DNA of 64,000 bases from Owenia fusiformis (Eukaryota): assembly GCA_903813345.2 (NCBI GenBank), contig CAIIXF020000001.1, positions 47,740,001 through 47,804,000 on the forward strand. The letters are read 5' to 3'. Position numbers and translations under genes: made by a program. Positions 13,690-26,250 of the stretch are shown here, piece by piece. The notes below the pieces were generated by a model that worked only from the letters and a program-made list of their open reading frames with translations, ran no database searches and had not been told where the DNA came from. Numbering within the stretch: position 1 is the stretch's first letter; every line of letters starts with the position of its first letter.

Positions 13690-14103
13690 TATCTTAAATA
13701 AGGCATAATCGTTTCCAAAGAAAATTTCCACTGTCAATTTGAAGCAAGTTGAAAAAGACCTTTTTGACTTTTGTCTTTGAAGGCCAAATCTCAAATCTAA
13801 AGTCAGATATGAAATTCTGAGAACTTGTAGCTAGATAATTTTGAAAAAATGGTCAGTTTGAAGCAAGTTGAAAAAATACCTTTTGACCTATTTTGACCTT
13901 GAGAAGGTCACTGAAGGTCAAATCTCAAATCAAGGTTAAAAATCTGAAGTCAGTCTAAACAGCATAAAATTGGTTAGGTTATTGGAGGTGTTTAGAATTT
14001 GTTACAGACGCCGGACATCAACCATCAACGACCAACCGTCGCCCACCGTCACAAAAACGGAAACCATAACAATATGACACCACTTTTGGCGGTGCCATAA
14101 TAA
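13690..14103 (-). mobile_element. Second HINE-like family (paralogue ~30690-31090)
   Basis: Minus strand ttattatggcaccgccaaaagtggtgtcatattg hairpin, degenerate microsatellite, ~120-bp repeats with tgaccttga/aggtca motifs; left boundary approximate. Confidence 0.5.
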
Positions 14104-14224
14104 TAATGTCCGAATGTTTTACAAGCTGTTTACGCTATTGATCTTATTTTCCTCTCAACAGTAATGAAAATTTTGAATACGTAATACTTGTAAAGACGAT
14201 ATACAATAGAAAGCATGAAGACCC

Positions 14225-14700
14225 AGGGCAACTATCAAAAAACTAAATTTTCAGGCGAAGCACTTTTGATAAAATATTTCATATGGCATATCATATTCTT
14301 TATTTATACTTCATGACTACTCTACTTAATGTCCTTTGTTTTTAACATATAGTTCATGTCTTCTAGTCCAGTCTTTGAACACCTTTTTAAACCCATTTTC
14401 CCATAGCCTGCAAATTTTCAAGATAGCCGACTTCAAGTCTTCCCACGAGAAACTCCCTCAACTCCCTATTCAGCACACCATGAAGGTAAAATCATAAGGG
14501 GACAAGTCAGGAGAGTAGTACATGACCCAACAATGGGAAACCCAGTGCTTCAATGGTTTGTATCGTATAAATAGCATTGTGAGATGGAGCATTATCCCAG
14601 TGCAATGTGAAACGTTTTGCGGGCCTTTTAACTTTTTCCTCTTTGCTTTCATCAAATCTCTTCTGTGGATATTGTTTTTCATCATTGACCTGTGTCATAG
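14225..14700 (-). mobile_element. Mariner transposase C-terminal relic (paralogue ~31208-31690)
   Basis: Frameshifted motifs LHWDNAPSH, YSPDLSPYDF and C-terminal FKDWTRRHELYVKNKGH*VE. Confidence 0.85.
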
Positions 14701-14764
14701 ACTTCCTATGATCACATGGGTTTTCATTATATATTTATCATTTCGGTGACATCAAACATCAACG

Positions 14765-15495
14765 GGTCATGTGCAGTATGGCAAGTGATTTCAGACAGTC
14801 ATATCTTTCACCGTGAGTACTTTCTGGCCATAAAAACAATGGATTTTATTAAGACAATATGTTTTCTTTCAAGTAAAGTCCCCATGATAGGAAAATATCA
14901 ATCCAACTCTCTGAAAAATTATGGATAAGGGCCCCAACCTGGCACTTTAAAAAAAATGTTAGGCTTATATTCTAAAAAGAGGATCTTGCTTTTCTCAATT
15001 TAAACATATCAAAAGTTTCTTCTACACTATATGAACAATTTCTGAAAAGGGGATGCGTATTGAAATGCATTAAAGTTAAAAACCACATATCCCATGTTAT
15101 TTTCCCATAGGGAAAATCGTGCTATCCATTGTTTTCAGCATCATTTTGGTCATCGAAAATTGATATCTTCAAAACTAGACTTTCAATACAATTATATTTT
15201 TCAAGATGTTTTAGACCACTTGTTGAATAATCTTTTCATGCAATAAAAACATTCAGAAAAGGGAGATCCTCTTTTGAGTAAATAGGTTCAATATTTTGAA
15301 AAAATGTTGACATGGGGTCCCTATTCATAATTTTTCGAATTGTTCGATTGATATTTTTATCATCATGGGTGCTTCACTTGAAAGAAAACATATTGTTTTA
15401 ATAAAAACCACTGTATTTATGCCCAGAAAGTACTCATGGTGAAAGATATGACCGTCTAAAATCACTTGCCATACTGCACGTGGTCTTTTTCAAAG
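14765..15495. mobile_element. MITE with long (~230-bp) imperfect TIRs (paralogue 31750-32482)
   Basis: gtgcagtatggcaagtgatttcagacagtcatatctttcacc vs ggtgaaagatatgaccgtctaaaatcacttgccatactgcac. Confidence 0.8.
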
Positions 15496-15871
15496 CTCCT
15501 ATCATTTCAAATAATATATTTGGTACACTCTCTTAAAAATGCAATAGATTCTGTTTTGTGACCTTCCCAAAAGTCCAACTTTTTTATAGACACATTTTCT
15601 GAGTCACACTCCTGTGTATATACTTTCTCCAGTATGTATGAACCAAAACTAGGTTCATCATTTCCCGTGTGCCTAAACCGATATTTTATTTTTTTTAATC
15701 ATCAATCTATCAGAATCAATATATTGTACTTTCTCCTGTGTGTATGATCTTCTATTTATATTTTCCAGTGTATATATGAAACAATACCTTTTAACTGTGT
15801 GTATTGACAACTATCATGTACTTTCTCTAGTGTGCATGAGCAAATATTATGTACTTTTACCAGTTATTTAA

Positions 15872-18800
15872 CGAGGCGTATAGCCTTTTTATTTTTTCGT
15901 GAAGCCACTCAGTAAAATACGATTTCTCTGAAACCTGATGTCTAATCAAGATCAGTATCTATGTGTTCCTGACACGTTTGGGCGTCCGGGAATAACAACG
16001 TCTACACAATTTGTTACAATCTGGATAATGCATCAGCACATCCATTGTTTATGCCAGATCTGTGTATAACCTTAAAGTTATATTGCTGTAAGGTTAACGA
16101 CCATCTTGTAAGTCTGTGATTGGTATTCAGCATCTTGTTCAGCCACTTTAAGGGATTATAGTCTGTTATGACCACAAATCTTCTCCCTAACAAGTAGTAT
16201 CTCATGTATTGAATAGCCCATACGATTGCCAAACATTCCTTCTCTATTACTGCGTAATTACGTTCTCTTGGGAGTAATTTACGACTTAAGTACATGATTG
16301 GGTGCTCTCCATCATCAACATCTTGGCTCAAACTCCGGAAATACCCACATCTGATGCATATGTAATTACCAGAAATGTTCTTGTGAAGTCAGGACTACTC
16401 AAGATTGTGCCAGAACACAATAGTTTCTTCAATTGATCATGTGCTTTCTGTTCTCGGTCTCCCCATGGTATTTTCACTGGTATGGATTTTTTGGTCAATA
16501 CGGTTAGGGGGAAAGCAATATCAGCATATTTTGGAACAAACTTCCTAAAATAGCCTGTCATCCCCAAAAATGTTCTCAAATTCTTCTTCGTTGTGGGTCT
16601 ATCCATCTCTGTATTGCTTCTGTCTTCTCAATAGTTGGCTTGATTGTACCACCTCCAACTATGTGGCCCAGATATTTAACTTCTTCAAAAGCAAAACTAC
16701 ACTTTGACAGCTTTGCAGTCAAGTTGTGTTTTCTCAATCTATCAAGAATGTTTTTGACATCATGATCGTGTGAATCAAAATCAGTGCTGAATACAACCAA
16801 ATCATCGAAATATGCATCAGAGTATTCTTCAGCTCCTTCAAGCATCCTGTCCATTACTCTCTGAAAGGTGGCAGGTGCACCATGTAACCCAAAAGGCATT
16901 CTGACTTATAAATTGGAACGTGCCGAAGGGAGCTAGTACTGACGTCTTGTCTTTAGAATCACTACTAAGGGGAATTTGCCAAAAACCTCTGCAAAGATCC
17001 ATTACAGTTATGAAAACAGCAGTGGCAAGACCATCGAGTATTTCATCTATTCTTGGCATAGGATATGCATTAAACTCTGTAACTTTATTCAAATCTCGAA
17101 AGTCTACACAGTCTCGGAGTTCTCCATTTTTCTTTGGTACAAAAACAAAGTTTGAGCCCCATTCACTCATAGATGGTTCCATTTTTCCCTTAGATATCAT
17201 TTTATCTGCCCTTTCCTTCATCAATTCAATGTATGCCTTATGGAATCGTCTCAGCCTCTGTCTTACAGGTTTGTTGTATTTGGTGTTGATGTGATGGGTA
17301 ATTAAGTCTGTAATTCCAGGCTCATCAGACAGCATGTCATTGTACTCATCAAGAAGTGCTACAATTTGCTTCTCTTGCTCTTCAGTGAGAGTTGGTGAAA
17401 TGTTGAATTTATGTTCATTCTCTTTATCATCTATAATCGGCCGTTGTATTGGCATGTACTCTTCTGCATCATCATTATCACTGTCTCTATCTATATCATC
17501 ATTTTCAATGGTTTGTAGAGTGAAACAGCAGAAATTATCAGGATTGTGATATCTTTTCAGGAGATTCACATCTGTATGTCATAATTGACTTTGTTGCATC
17601 TCTTTATGATTTTAAATGGTCCTTGCCATTTTGCTTGTAGCTTCATCTCACTAGAAGGAAGCATTAATAAAACTTTGTCTCCTGGTTTATATTCTATGTC
17701 ACGAGATTTTTCATCATAGTAGGCTTTCTGGTTGTGTTTTGCTCTGATTACATTATCTTTCACTATCTCATGCATTGACTCTAATTTTTCTCTCATCTTT
17801 GTGATATGCTCAATGACATTTGTAGAAACATCTCTGTTGGGTTCCCATCTCTCACCTAGAACATATATTGGGCCTCTCACTATCTCCCATAAAGCAACTC
17901 GTATGGGGAAAACCCAGTTGTAGTATGTGGGACCTCACGATAAGCAAATAACAGGTATGGAAGAAAAATATCCCAATTTTTGGCTCATCTTCTGTTAGCT
18001 TTTTGATCATTTTCACAAGTACTCCGTTGTAACTCTCTGTCTGACCATTTGTCTGTTGGTGGTATGGAGTTGTTTTTATCCAATTTATTTTCATCATCTT
18101 GTACATTTCCTTCATCAATTTAGAAAGGAAATCTTTCCCTTGATCTGTTAAAATCTCTTTGGGAACTCCAACTCTCCTGAACTGCTTCATCAATTCTTCA
18201 GCTACTTTCTTAGAATCAGTTGTTTTCCTTGGTACAGCTTCTGGGAATTTAGTTCCGTAGTCAGTTGTAACTAAGATATACTTGTTTTCTCTTTTGGATC
18301 TTTCTAAGGGACCAACTATGTCCATACCTATTCTGCTAAATGGTTCAGTAATGACTGGTAAGGGTATCATCTTGGCTCTGTTTAATAACATTTTCCTCGA
18401 TGTCTTTCGGCATACGTCACAGCTGTTGCAAAATCCTTTTACATCTCTGTGAATTCCTGGCCAAAACATCTTCTTCATTATTCTTGAGGTCGTTTTCTGA
18501 ATTCCAAGGTGACCAGACAATGGTATATTGTGTGCCAACTCTAGGACCTTCTTCCGACATTGGCGTGGTACTACTACCTGCTCAACAGTTTCACCACTTA
18601 AATTCTTCTGATAATCATATTATCTTTCTTTATGAAGTATGGTGTATCTTGTTGTTCCGCAGGCATATCTAAAAGTGCTTTTCTCACATTTGATAGAGTT
18701 GGATCTGTGTTTTGTAACTGTATCAACTTATCTCTATTTATGTCATCTTTGTTTATCTCTGTGTCATCATGTTTATATTCTTTTCTTCTTTGACGCCTCT

Positions 18801-20640
18801 TTTCTCTTCTGCTCTTCTTTTGTTTCTCTCTTATTTGTGGATAAAATACTCTTTCATCAAAGTTAAACGGTAATTCTTCCGAATTTGTGGATGTCTCAGT
18901 TGGGATAAAACAGGATCTTAAGAGGTTCTGGACAAATCATTTGATTCTGGACTTGTCATATTTTTTTTCAACGAAATCACATCCAAGGGTTGAATTTTTA
19001 TAAGCTACGTGTATTAAGAGAGCGAGTCCTGCCTAGTATTAATTTTTTTTAAAGTTAAAATAGAACCCTAATTGAGAGTTAATCTAAAACTAACATTACA
19101 TTGATAAATAAGGCAAATCCTGTCAATCCAATCCAATATTTTTTAAGTGCATTTTTAATGAAATATTGTCCAACTATTTAGATGAAACGGTCTTATTCAA
19201 ATACAAATCATAACGTGATGATATTTTTTCATAAAATATTTTTCCATGAAATTCAATTGAAGGGTCAAGATAAAACGAGCTAATTTAGGTGAAAGCCCTT
19301 ACATGATGATGTGTTTTCATTACTTCTTTTATAAAATTCCATCAAAGGGTGAAGATAAAATGATTGAATTTAAGTGTTTTAAGGATCACGAGGATATGTT
19401 TTCTTGGATATTTTGTATGAAATCCCATCCAATGGTCAAGGTAAAATTTTGATTTTGATTTGGTTTTTTTGGTCATGTGTTCGAAAGATCCATATAAGGC
19501 CCATAGAACCATATAGGAACGTCATTTTGAATGTCACGTGATAGATCCATATAAGGCTTCTAGAACCATGTCGGGAAAGATGAGGGGAAGCCCCTGACAC
19601 CTGTTTCACGATTTTATCCGAACGTTGTTCGGATCATTTCGGTTTTTATGCACTTCATTATTGTACCGAAGTTTGCCGATTTGATTCGTCGTATTTCGGA
19701 ATCCTGGTGACAATTTTATACTCCGATTGGAGTATTTTTGATCTACTTCTTATGACGAAAATTCCCGAACCTTGTTTGGATTAATCCGGATTTTCTGACC
19801 TACTTTATCTACCGAGATTTAACGAGTTAACATTCGTCTCATTTCGGAATCCTGGTGACAATTTCATACTCTATTGGCAGGCCTCCTAGACTTCCAACAA
19901 CGCGAACATCAGTTCTGATACCGCGAACTACGTTCCTTGCACTCGACCCACGAATCTCATATCGCGAACGTGAAATCTTATGTCGCGAACCACCATTTCC
20001 TTGTTTCCGAACATATTTCTTGTACCGCGCACAGAGATCCGTTACCGCAAAGTTGCTTGTGAAAACGATTTACAAAAGTGTCCTAGAGACTCTAATCTAC
20101 TTGGCTAAGGTTTCATTTGAAAATACATTGCCTTCTTAAGCAGGTAGATGGGCATACAGAACACGGAAGCAAATGCTATGTTGAAAATTTTCTATATTTC
20201 AATTTGAACATGTTATTACATGCCACTTAGGCCAGTGTTTTATATGGGGATTATATGTACTTTACTTGTTTACATGAACGTAAATCATTACATGAAGTCT
20301 GCAGTCTGCCGGGTTTTATCCGGGTTTGTATTGTCTTATTGGGGCTTTTCGATTTTAAAACAAACCTTACCTACATGGATTTGTGTCTCGGGAACATTTT
20401 TGTAAATAGTTATTATTAAACAATTCTGAAAGAATATAACATATTCGTGTCTTCCCGATTTCAGTCATGAATTACGTCAATTTTGCGTGCAAACATTGGG
20501 TAGACGTTGTCATAACCGGATGCCCAAACGTGTCAAGAACACATAGATACTCGAATGGTGTTGATTGAACATCAGGGTGCAGAGAAATCGTAATTTTACT
20601 GAGTGGCTTCACGAAAAAATAAGCAGCACTTTAGGCCACC
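15872..20640. mobile_element. Putative TTAA-flanked TIR element (Kolobok-like) enclosing the Gypsy pol relic
   Basis: 15872-16013 and ~20491-20640 are imperfect inverted repeats; TTAA at 15868-15871 and 20641-20644. Confidence 0.5.
16014..18900 (-). mobile_element. Degenerate Ty3/Gypsy pol, Gmr1-like order integrase-RT-RNase H
   Basis: In reading order: H2C2 (AHNIPLSGHLG..CDVC), rve (MDIVGPL, ILTDQG, QTNGQTE), KWQGPFKI, RT (CVDFRDLN, MDLCRGFWQ, MPFGL, YFDDL), RNase H (ASDVG, IEKECLAIVWA, ADALSRL); many frameshifts. Confidence 0.92.
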
Positions 20641-21602
20641 TTAAATACTCGTCAGTTGTATCCAGTTGGAATCCCAGCGTAATTTTAATTTTTTTTAATT
20701 ATATGGTTGTGGTTTGATTTTACGCTTAAAACATTTATAACTACATGTACGTCAACTTTATAATAAAACATTTATTATCTTTTCAGTTTTATTAAAATCT
20801 AAAAAATAATATATGTCAGCTTATTGCTTTCTGGAGAACAGTCAAGGTTGAAATGTGGTACAATGAATCGGACACTCATGTAAATCGACATGGTTATAAC
20901 ATTGAACTCAATGCAGTAAATTAGTTATTTCTATGAATCACAGCGGGATTGGTTTCATTTTATATGATTGCCAACTCTGGCTGTATTTTAGTAAATGCTT
21001 TTGACCGCGGTAAATGTGAAACTGATACGGTTGTGTATTCAATTGTTTTATGTCTTGGCCACATTTGCTCCGATTTTCACTACGGCGCCAGGCCGATTGA
21101 GTATTGTGTTCAGAAATGTATTCAATTTTGAACAAAATACTCGCATCAAATGTGACCCAGGCATTACACAGCGGTATTTCGAACATACTATTGTTGCATA
21201 AGTATATTATAGATCGTCACACATTTATAAAAGGGTGATTATTATTTTGACAAATCAATTCCAAATTTATGGGTGAAGTTTCAGGATCTTCTATTTGTGT
21301 ATAATAAGGAAAAATTGGCATCTAAATTTCCCCATAACGTAATAGCACACAGCTTGGCATATGAAATATCCTACAAATGAAACAAAGCAGTTCTAATACA
21401 AGGATTTATATTGGCTGTTGTACATGTACTGTTTGAACGCAATCACTCCATGGATAACGTTTTCAAAATCATTATAAACGGATTACTTTATCTCAAAGAC
21501 AATTTCAATAAACAGGATTTTACAGAACTCCCCTTATTTCTTAAAAATGGACTGATACAGTTGATTCGCCTGGAGCCGCCATATTGTTTTTATACGGGAT
21601 GC

Positions 21603-22008
21603 TTATTTTTATTTTTTATTTATTTATTTCATGATAATATAACAATGGAATGTACAAAGCATGTGCACTCGACACCCTTAGTAATTGGGCGTATCAGTGC
21701 ATATATCAAAAATTATTGCAGAGCAATCACATTACATATAATATATAACAGTATAACATACATTATCTAAATTGTTTAGATGCAATATAGAATACAGAAA
21801 CTTTGAAGTCTGGATATAAATAATTAATTTAAATGGAATGTGATCTTATATAGTATTAATATAGTATTTCCATTCATCTTTTCCAAAAGGTCCTTTTTAA
21901 TGTTGTGTTTAAAAGAATTCAAAGTTTTACATGTTCGAAATACAATTGGCAAAGAATTCCATAAAATAGCACCAGAATATGTCACTGATCTTTTTTTATC
22001 GGAACCCT
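21603..22008 (-). mobile_element. 5'-truncated LINE 3' end (CR1/L2/RTE-like)
   Basis: KRSVTYSGAILWNSLPIVFRTCKTLNSFKHNIK is typical of LINE ORF2 C-termini; (AAAT)n-like tail at 21603-21630. Confidence 0.7.
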
Positions 22009-22253
22009 TTAAGCAAATCCATGCTTGACTAGAAGACATTGCTTTCAAAGCTGCCACCAAGCTAACTGTATTATCTCAGTAAATAACAATCTAAAATTAG
22101 ATTTCTGTTTTTTGTTTCAGTACGTGAGATGTCCAACCTTATACAAGAATGAACCTCTGAAAGACATCGTTACAAGAGCTACAAAAATCCCACAATGACT
22201 ATCAAATAATCTTACTAAAACATTTTTTACGTATAATTAACGAGACAATCACG

Positions 22254-25200
22254 ATGAATTTTAAATTCAACTTTGGTTATGAGCTGCCGTCTGTTCCGGT
22301 GCCTTCGTGTTGTTGTGGGTGGTTTGCGAGGGACGCAAGGGGATGGATGATCTGCCTTGCTGTTCTTATCATCACCGTTATTCGCAGTGGCATCACCTAC
22401 AGCTTTGGTATCTTTGTTGTTAAACTCGAAGATACCTACCACAAACCCTTAGCTGAACAAAGTAAGAATTCCGAAACCTAATTGTACTAATGCTCTTTTC
22501 TTTTCGCAATGTGTCCATTTATTATTCTATACACATGGCTATTCATCAAATTAATCTTTCGAGAACATATGGCAACTGGACCAATTAAACTCAACTACCA
22601 CGTGTTTTAATGTACCATTCATACATGACTCTGTGTGTTATTTTATAATTAGCAATATGCAAAACCATTACTTGATTATGCATTGTCCAAGTGAATTTAA
22701 AGTGTTCATTGGCATCAACAGTGTTTATCTTACACCTTTCAGTAGAATAGACAGTTCAATTAACCCCTTCTTGTATGTTCTTGTTACACATCGATTCATT
22801 TCAGATTGGATTGGGACATTATCGTTTGCCATTGGTCTATTGTTCTCACCTCTGTCTGTTATGCTGATCCGCTATTTAGGGCCCAATGGGTATAGAATAA
22901 CTGGTATCGCAGGAACGTTATGCCTCAGCATAAGTTGTGTTGGATCATCGTTCATTCATTCTCAAGAATGGTTATTTTTAACCTATAGCTTACTCTCTGG
23001 AGTTGGCTCCAGCTTAATTTACATGTCGTCCAGTTTAATAATAGGGGACTATTTTGATAAATCGCACAACCTCCACGTGCTCACCACCAGTATATTATTA
23101 TGCGGATATCCTGTGGGTAAGTTCATCTGTTTATAGTTTGCAATTGGGTCACTTAATGTTTCGTGTTTAAACTGAGGAAAAACACCTCTGGATACAAAAA
23201 TTGATTTTAACTTCTCTCGATTCCAAGTGTATCTAATAATGCAATTGTATTTATTCTTTTCCATAGGTAGTCTGTTGTTCAACCCACTAAATGCATGGAT
23301 TTTGGAGTCGTATGGTTGGCGAGTGGCTTTCAGGGCATCGAGTGGTCTGATCCTCGTCATAGGCTTAGCATGCTGTACCCTCTTTAAGCCAAAGTCCAAA
23401 CCGGGATACACTGAAGAGAAATTAGACGACGAAAACCCTTCGACTGAGGAGGAGAAAATAGAAGAAAATAAAAATAGCTTTAGTTTAAAGCCATGGTCCA
23501 GTCTGAAAGAAGTCCGTCGAAGACCAGAAATCGTTTTATGGCTGGTCGGCAATTTCCTTAACTATTTAGGATTCTATATGCCATTTCTTAATTTGGTAGG
23601 AATAATTTAGAGTTTCATTGGATATATTAAAAGTCTAGTAATCATTTAATCTTAAAATAATGAAATCAGACTGAGTTTGATATTTACCTAGAACATTTCT
23701 TCTGTTCCTTTAAATCATTGTGCCTAGATAGAGTACTCTAGCTATTTATTTCTCCTATTTAACTTTGAAACGTCCAAAATAAATATCAGTCTTTGACAAA
23801 AATACAACTCTTAGAGAGTTTCATCGTTTCAACATTTATCATTAACGCCAATGGTCCATGTCACTTGCGAAATCTAATTTGAAATAATTCCATCCGCGAT
23901 TAAAATACGATTCGTGATCAAGATACAAGTTTAATTTAAATGCGACAGATTTGGCATGGATTTTTTATTTTAGGCATTCTACATGGACAAACGAGGTATA
24001 GATACAGTCCAGAGTGCCTGGGCCTTGACCCTTTTGAGCCTGGTAGAGTGTATTGCATACGTCATTTCTTCCATTATCGGCGACTTTTTCAAAGGACGGC
24101 TGGTGTTCGTTAATCTGTTCGCCTCGGTAGGTCTTTGTACCATATGCTTCATGTGGCCCTTTGTAGACGTTGGTTACGATGCAATACTCGCTCTTTCCTC
24201 AGGTGTGTATGAGTAAATGTAAATTAATGTAAATTACGTCATGTATGTTGAGGTGCACCTAATTAAAAAAATCCTGCTGTGAATATGTCCGCCCGATCCC
24301 TTATTACGTCATCGCCGTCGTAAAATGTAGTAAAACTGGTATGATGCTTCAAAATCAAAATTTCGAAATCCATTTGGAAGTGTAGAGGTAAGGCAAGATT
24401 TAATGAAAATTATATTAATAACTTTATCGTTAACACTAACATGTATGTTATGCGTTCTTCTTTATTATAACGCTGCAACTTGTTTGGTTGCAGTAATGGG
24501 CGCGTTTCTAGGCCTTACAATAGTGTATACTTACGCGGCATCTGGTGAAGTGACGCAGCTACCAATAGATGTCGCTTGGTCGCATACTAACATGTGGAGT
24601 GGATTTGGCATACTTCTAGGACCACTGTTTTCTGGTGGGTATGCCTACACATCACAGTTCTAGTTCTACTTTGTTTAACCTGCCTTCCAATCCTGATTTT
24701 AAAATTGTGAAACGCGCATGACGGAAATAAGTAAAGATGTTTGTAAAATACGTTAAGCATAGATAAACAAAGATGGTGTATGTATGAAGTCAATACAACC
24801 GTTCAAACAAACTCCAATATGCATCTACATTCAGCCGAGAGCTAAAGTAGTTTCCCGAAAAAATTCTCTATCACCTTGTTATGGTATGGACATAATTAAA
24901 GATCTAAGACAAAAAAATGTACAATTATATAATTTACTGCAAAATAAGCTTCATAATTTAAATTTGTATGATACAAAATCAACCCCTTAATTGGCATATT
25001 TGGAAAATAAACACGGCAAGAAATGCTGTGAATGTCAATTTGCGGTAACTTTAATAAAAGTTTACATCAACTCGTCTTTTATTCTGCAAAGGTCTTCTAG
25101 AGGACCTCCATGGTCCAGTTGCCCTTTGCATTCGTTCGACTTCACTTGTTAAAAGAGAGCTTCGTAGTTTATAACTAGACCCTGCGCGCAGGGTAGTTGC

Positions 25201-25553
25201 TAATCGACAATCAAATAAGTTTTATTGAAATTTTGCACTTGTTTATTTAAGGTACAATCTACGATATACGTCAGTCGTATGATGACGTATTCTATGTCAT
25301 CGGAACTCTGTACCTCTTGGGAACAGTTATATTTGGAACGATAATACTAATTGGGAGACTGCGAGATAAAAATAAACTTGAATACGAAGAGTTCAACGAC
25401 GAACCTGTCACAAACTACAAAGACACTTTCAGAGTGACAAAGCGGTCTATATCCACGGGAAATATGGATAGCGATGACGACAGTAGCCGTTGTAGTAGCT
25501 CTGACAACAAAACAATACGTTGTTCTGAGAATACACCCATTGGGCAACCTTAA
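22254..25553 (+). CDS. SLC16-like transporter, copy 2, 506 aa
   Basis: Exons 22254-22461, 22805-23116, 23267-23595, 23974-24202, 24494-24634, 25252-25553; same exon lengths as copy 1, no stops or frameshifts seen; exon-5 donor GTGGGT (GTGAGT in copy 1). Confidence 0.85.
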
Positions 25554-26250
25554 CTCACCATACCAAACGTGACACACAGACACACACTCTGCCTGGAATG
25601 CTGGCATGCATTGAAGAGATACATCTTGCTATAATCATTCTGTGTCGCCAAGGTTCCACAAGCTTCGTACAATTGGACCAAATGAAGTTTTTGTTGTAAC
25701 TAATTAGTTCCGTCTAATGCCTCAGTCATTTGATCTACGGCAAACGTACGGCGGTCGTAGCTTCCCAAAATCGAGAGAAATATGCAGCATGAAATAAAGG
25801 CACGATGTAGATTTGCTATATCGATTTTGTTAAGCTACGGGCGCCATACGCTCGTCGTAAGAGCAAATTTAACTAAGGCTTAAATATCTTTGGAATGTTT
25901 CAAACTTGTTTCCTGGGCCCAAGGTTTCGGAACAAGATTAGACGGTTTAAAATATTAATTACTGTACTAAAGAATAGAACTTTAGCAATTGGAATTCGTG
26001 TACATATACTCATATGGTTCATCATAAGGCTGTGAATTTAAACTAAAGTGAATCAAAATCAATAGAATACTGTATAAAGTAAAAGAATAGAATAATAGAT
26101 AGGATGTATACGTATGACATTACACCTGCACACAGATTGCATCTGTGAATCGTTGTCAAAAGAATTTACCCACCAGTTATCATAGATATGTACTTTAGTA
26201 GTTTGAATTATTGGAAATATAGTTTAGATTTACCACTTATATATTTGTTT

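Larger units (their letters stand above)
3312..21200 (+). repeat. Tandem segmental duplication unit A
   Basis: Colinear, high identity by eye to 22009-37861; starts at ttttcgttaagcaaatccatgc. Confidence 0.92.

Noticed and set aside
19855..20405. ORFs present in both units (also 36513-37063)
   Set aside because: Shared only because of recent duplication; no motifs; start overlaps a ~150-bp two-copy repeat.
15850..20700. LTRs, PBS or PPT for the Gypsy element
   Set aside because: No direct TG..CA repeats found by eye; gag and protease not recognisable.
20938..21201. Hydrophobic ORF fragments (also 37596-37892) as a GPCR/membrane-protein exon
   Set aside because: Needs a frameshift and has no diagnostic motif.
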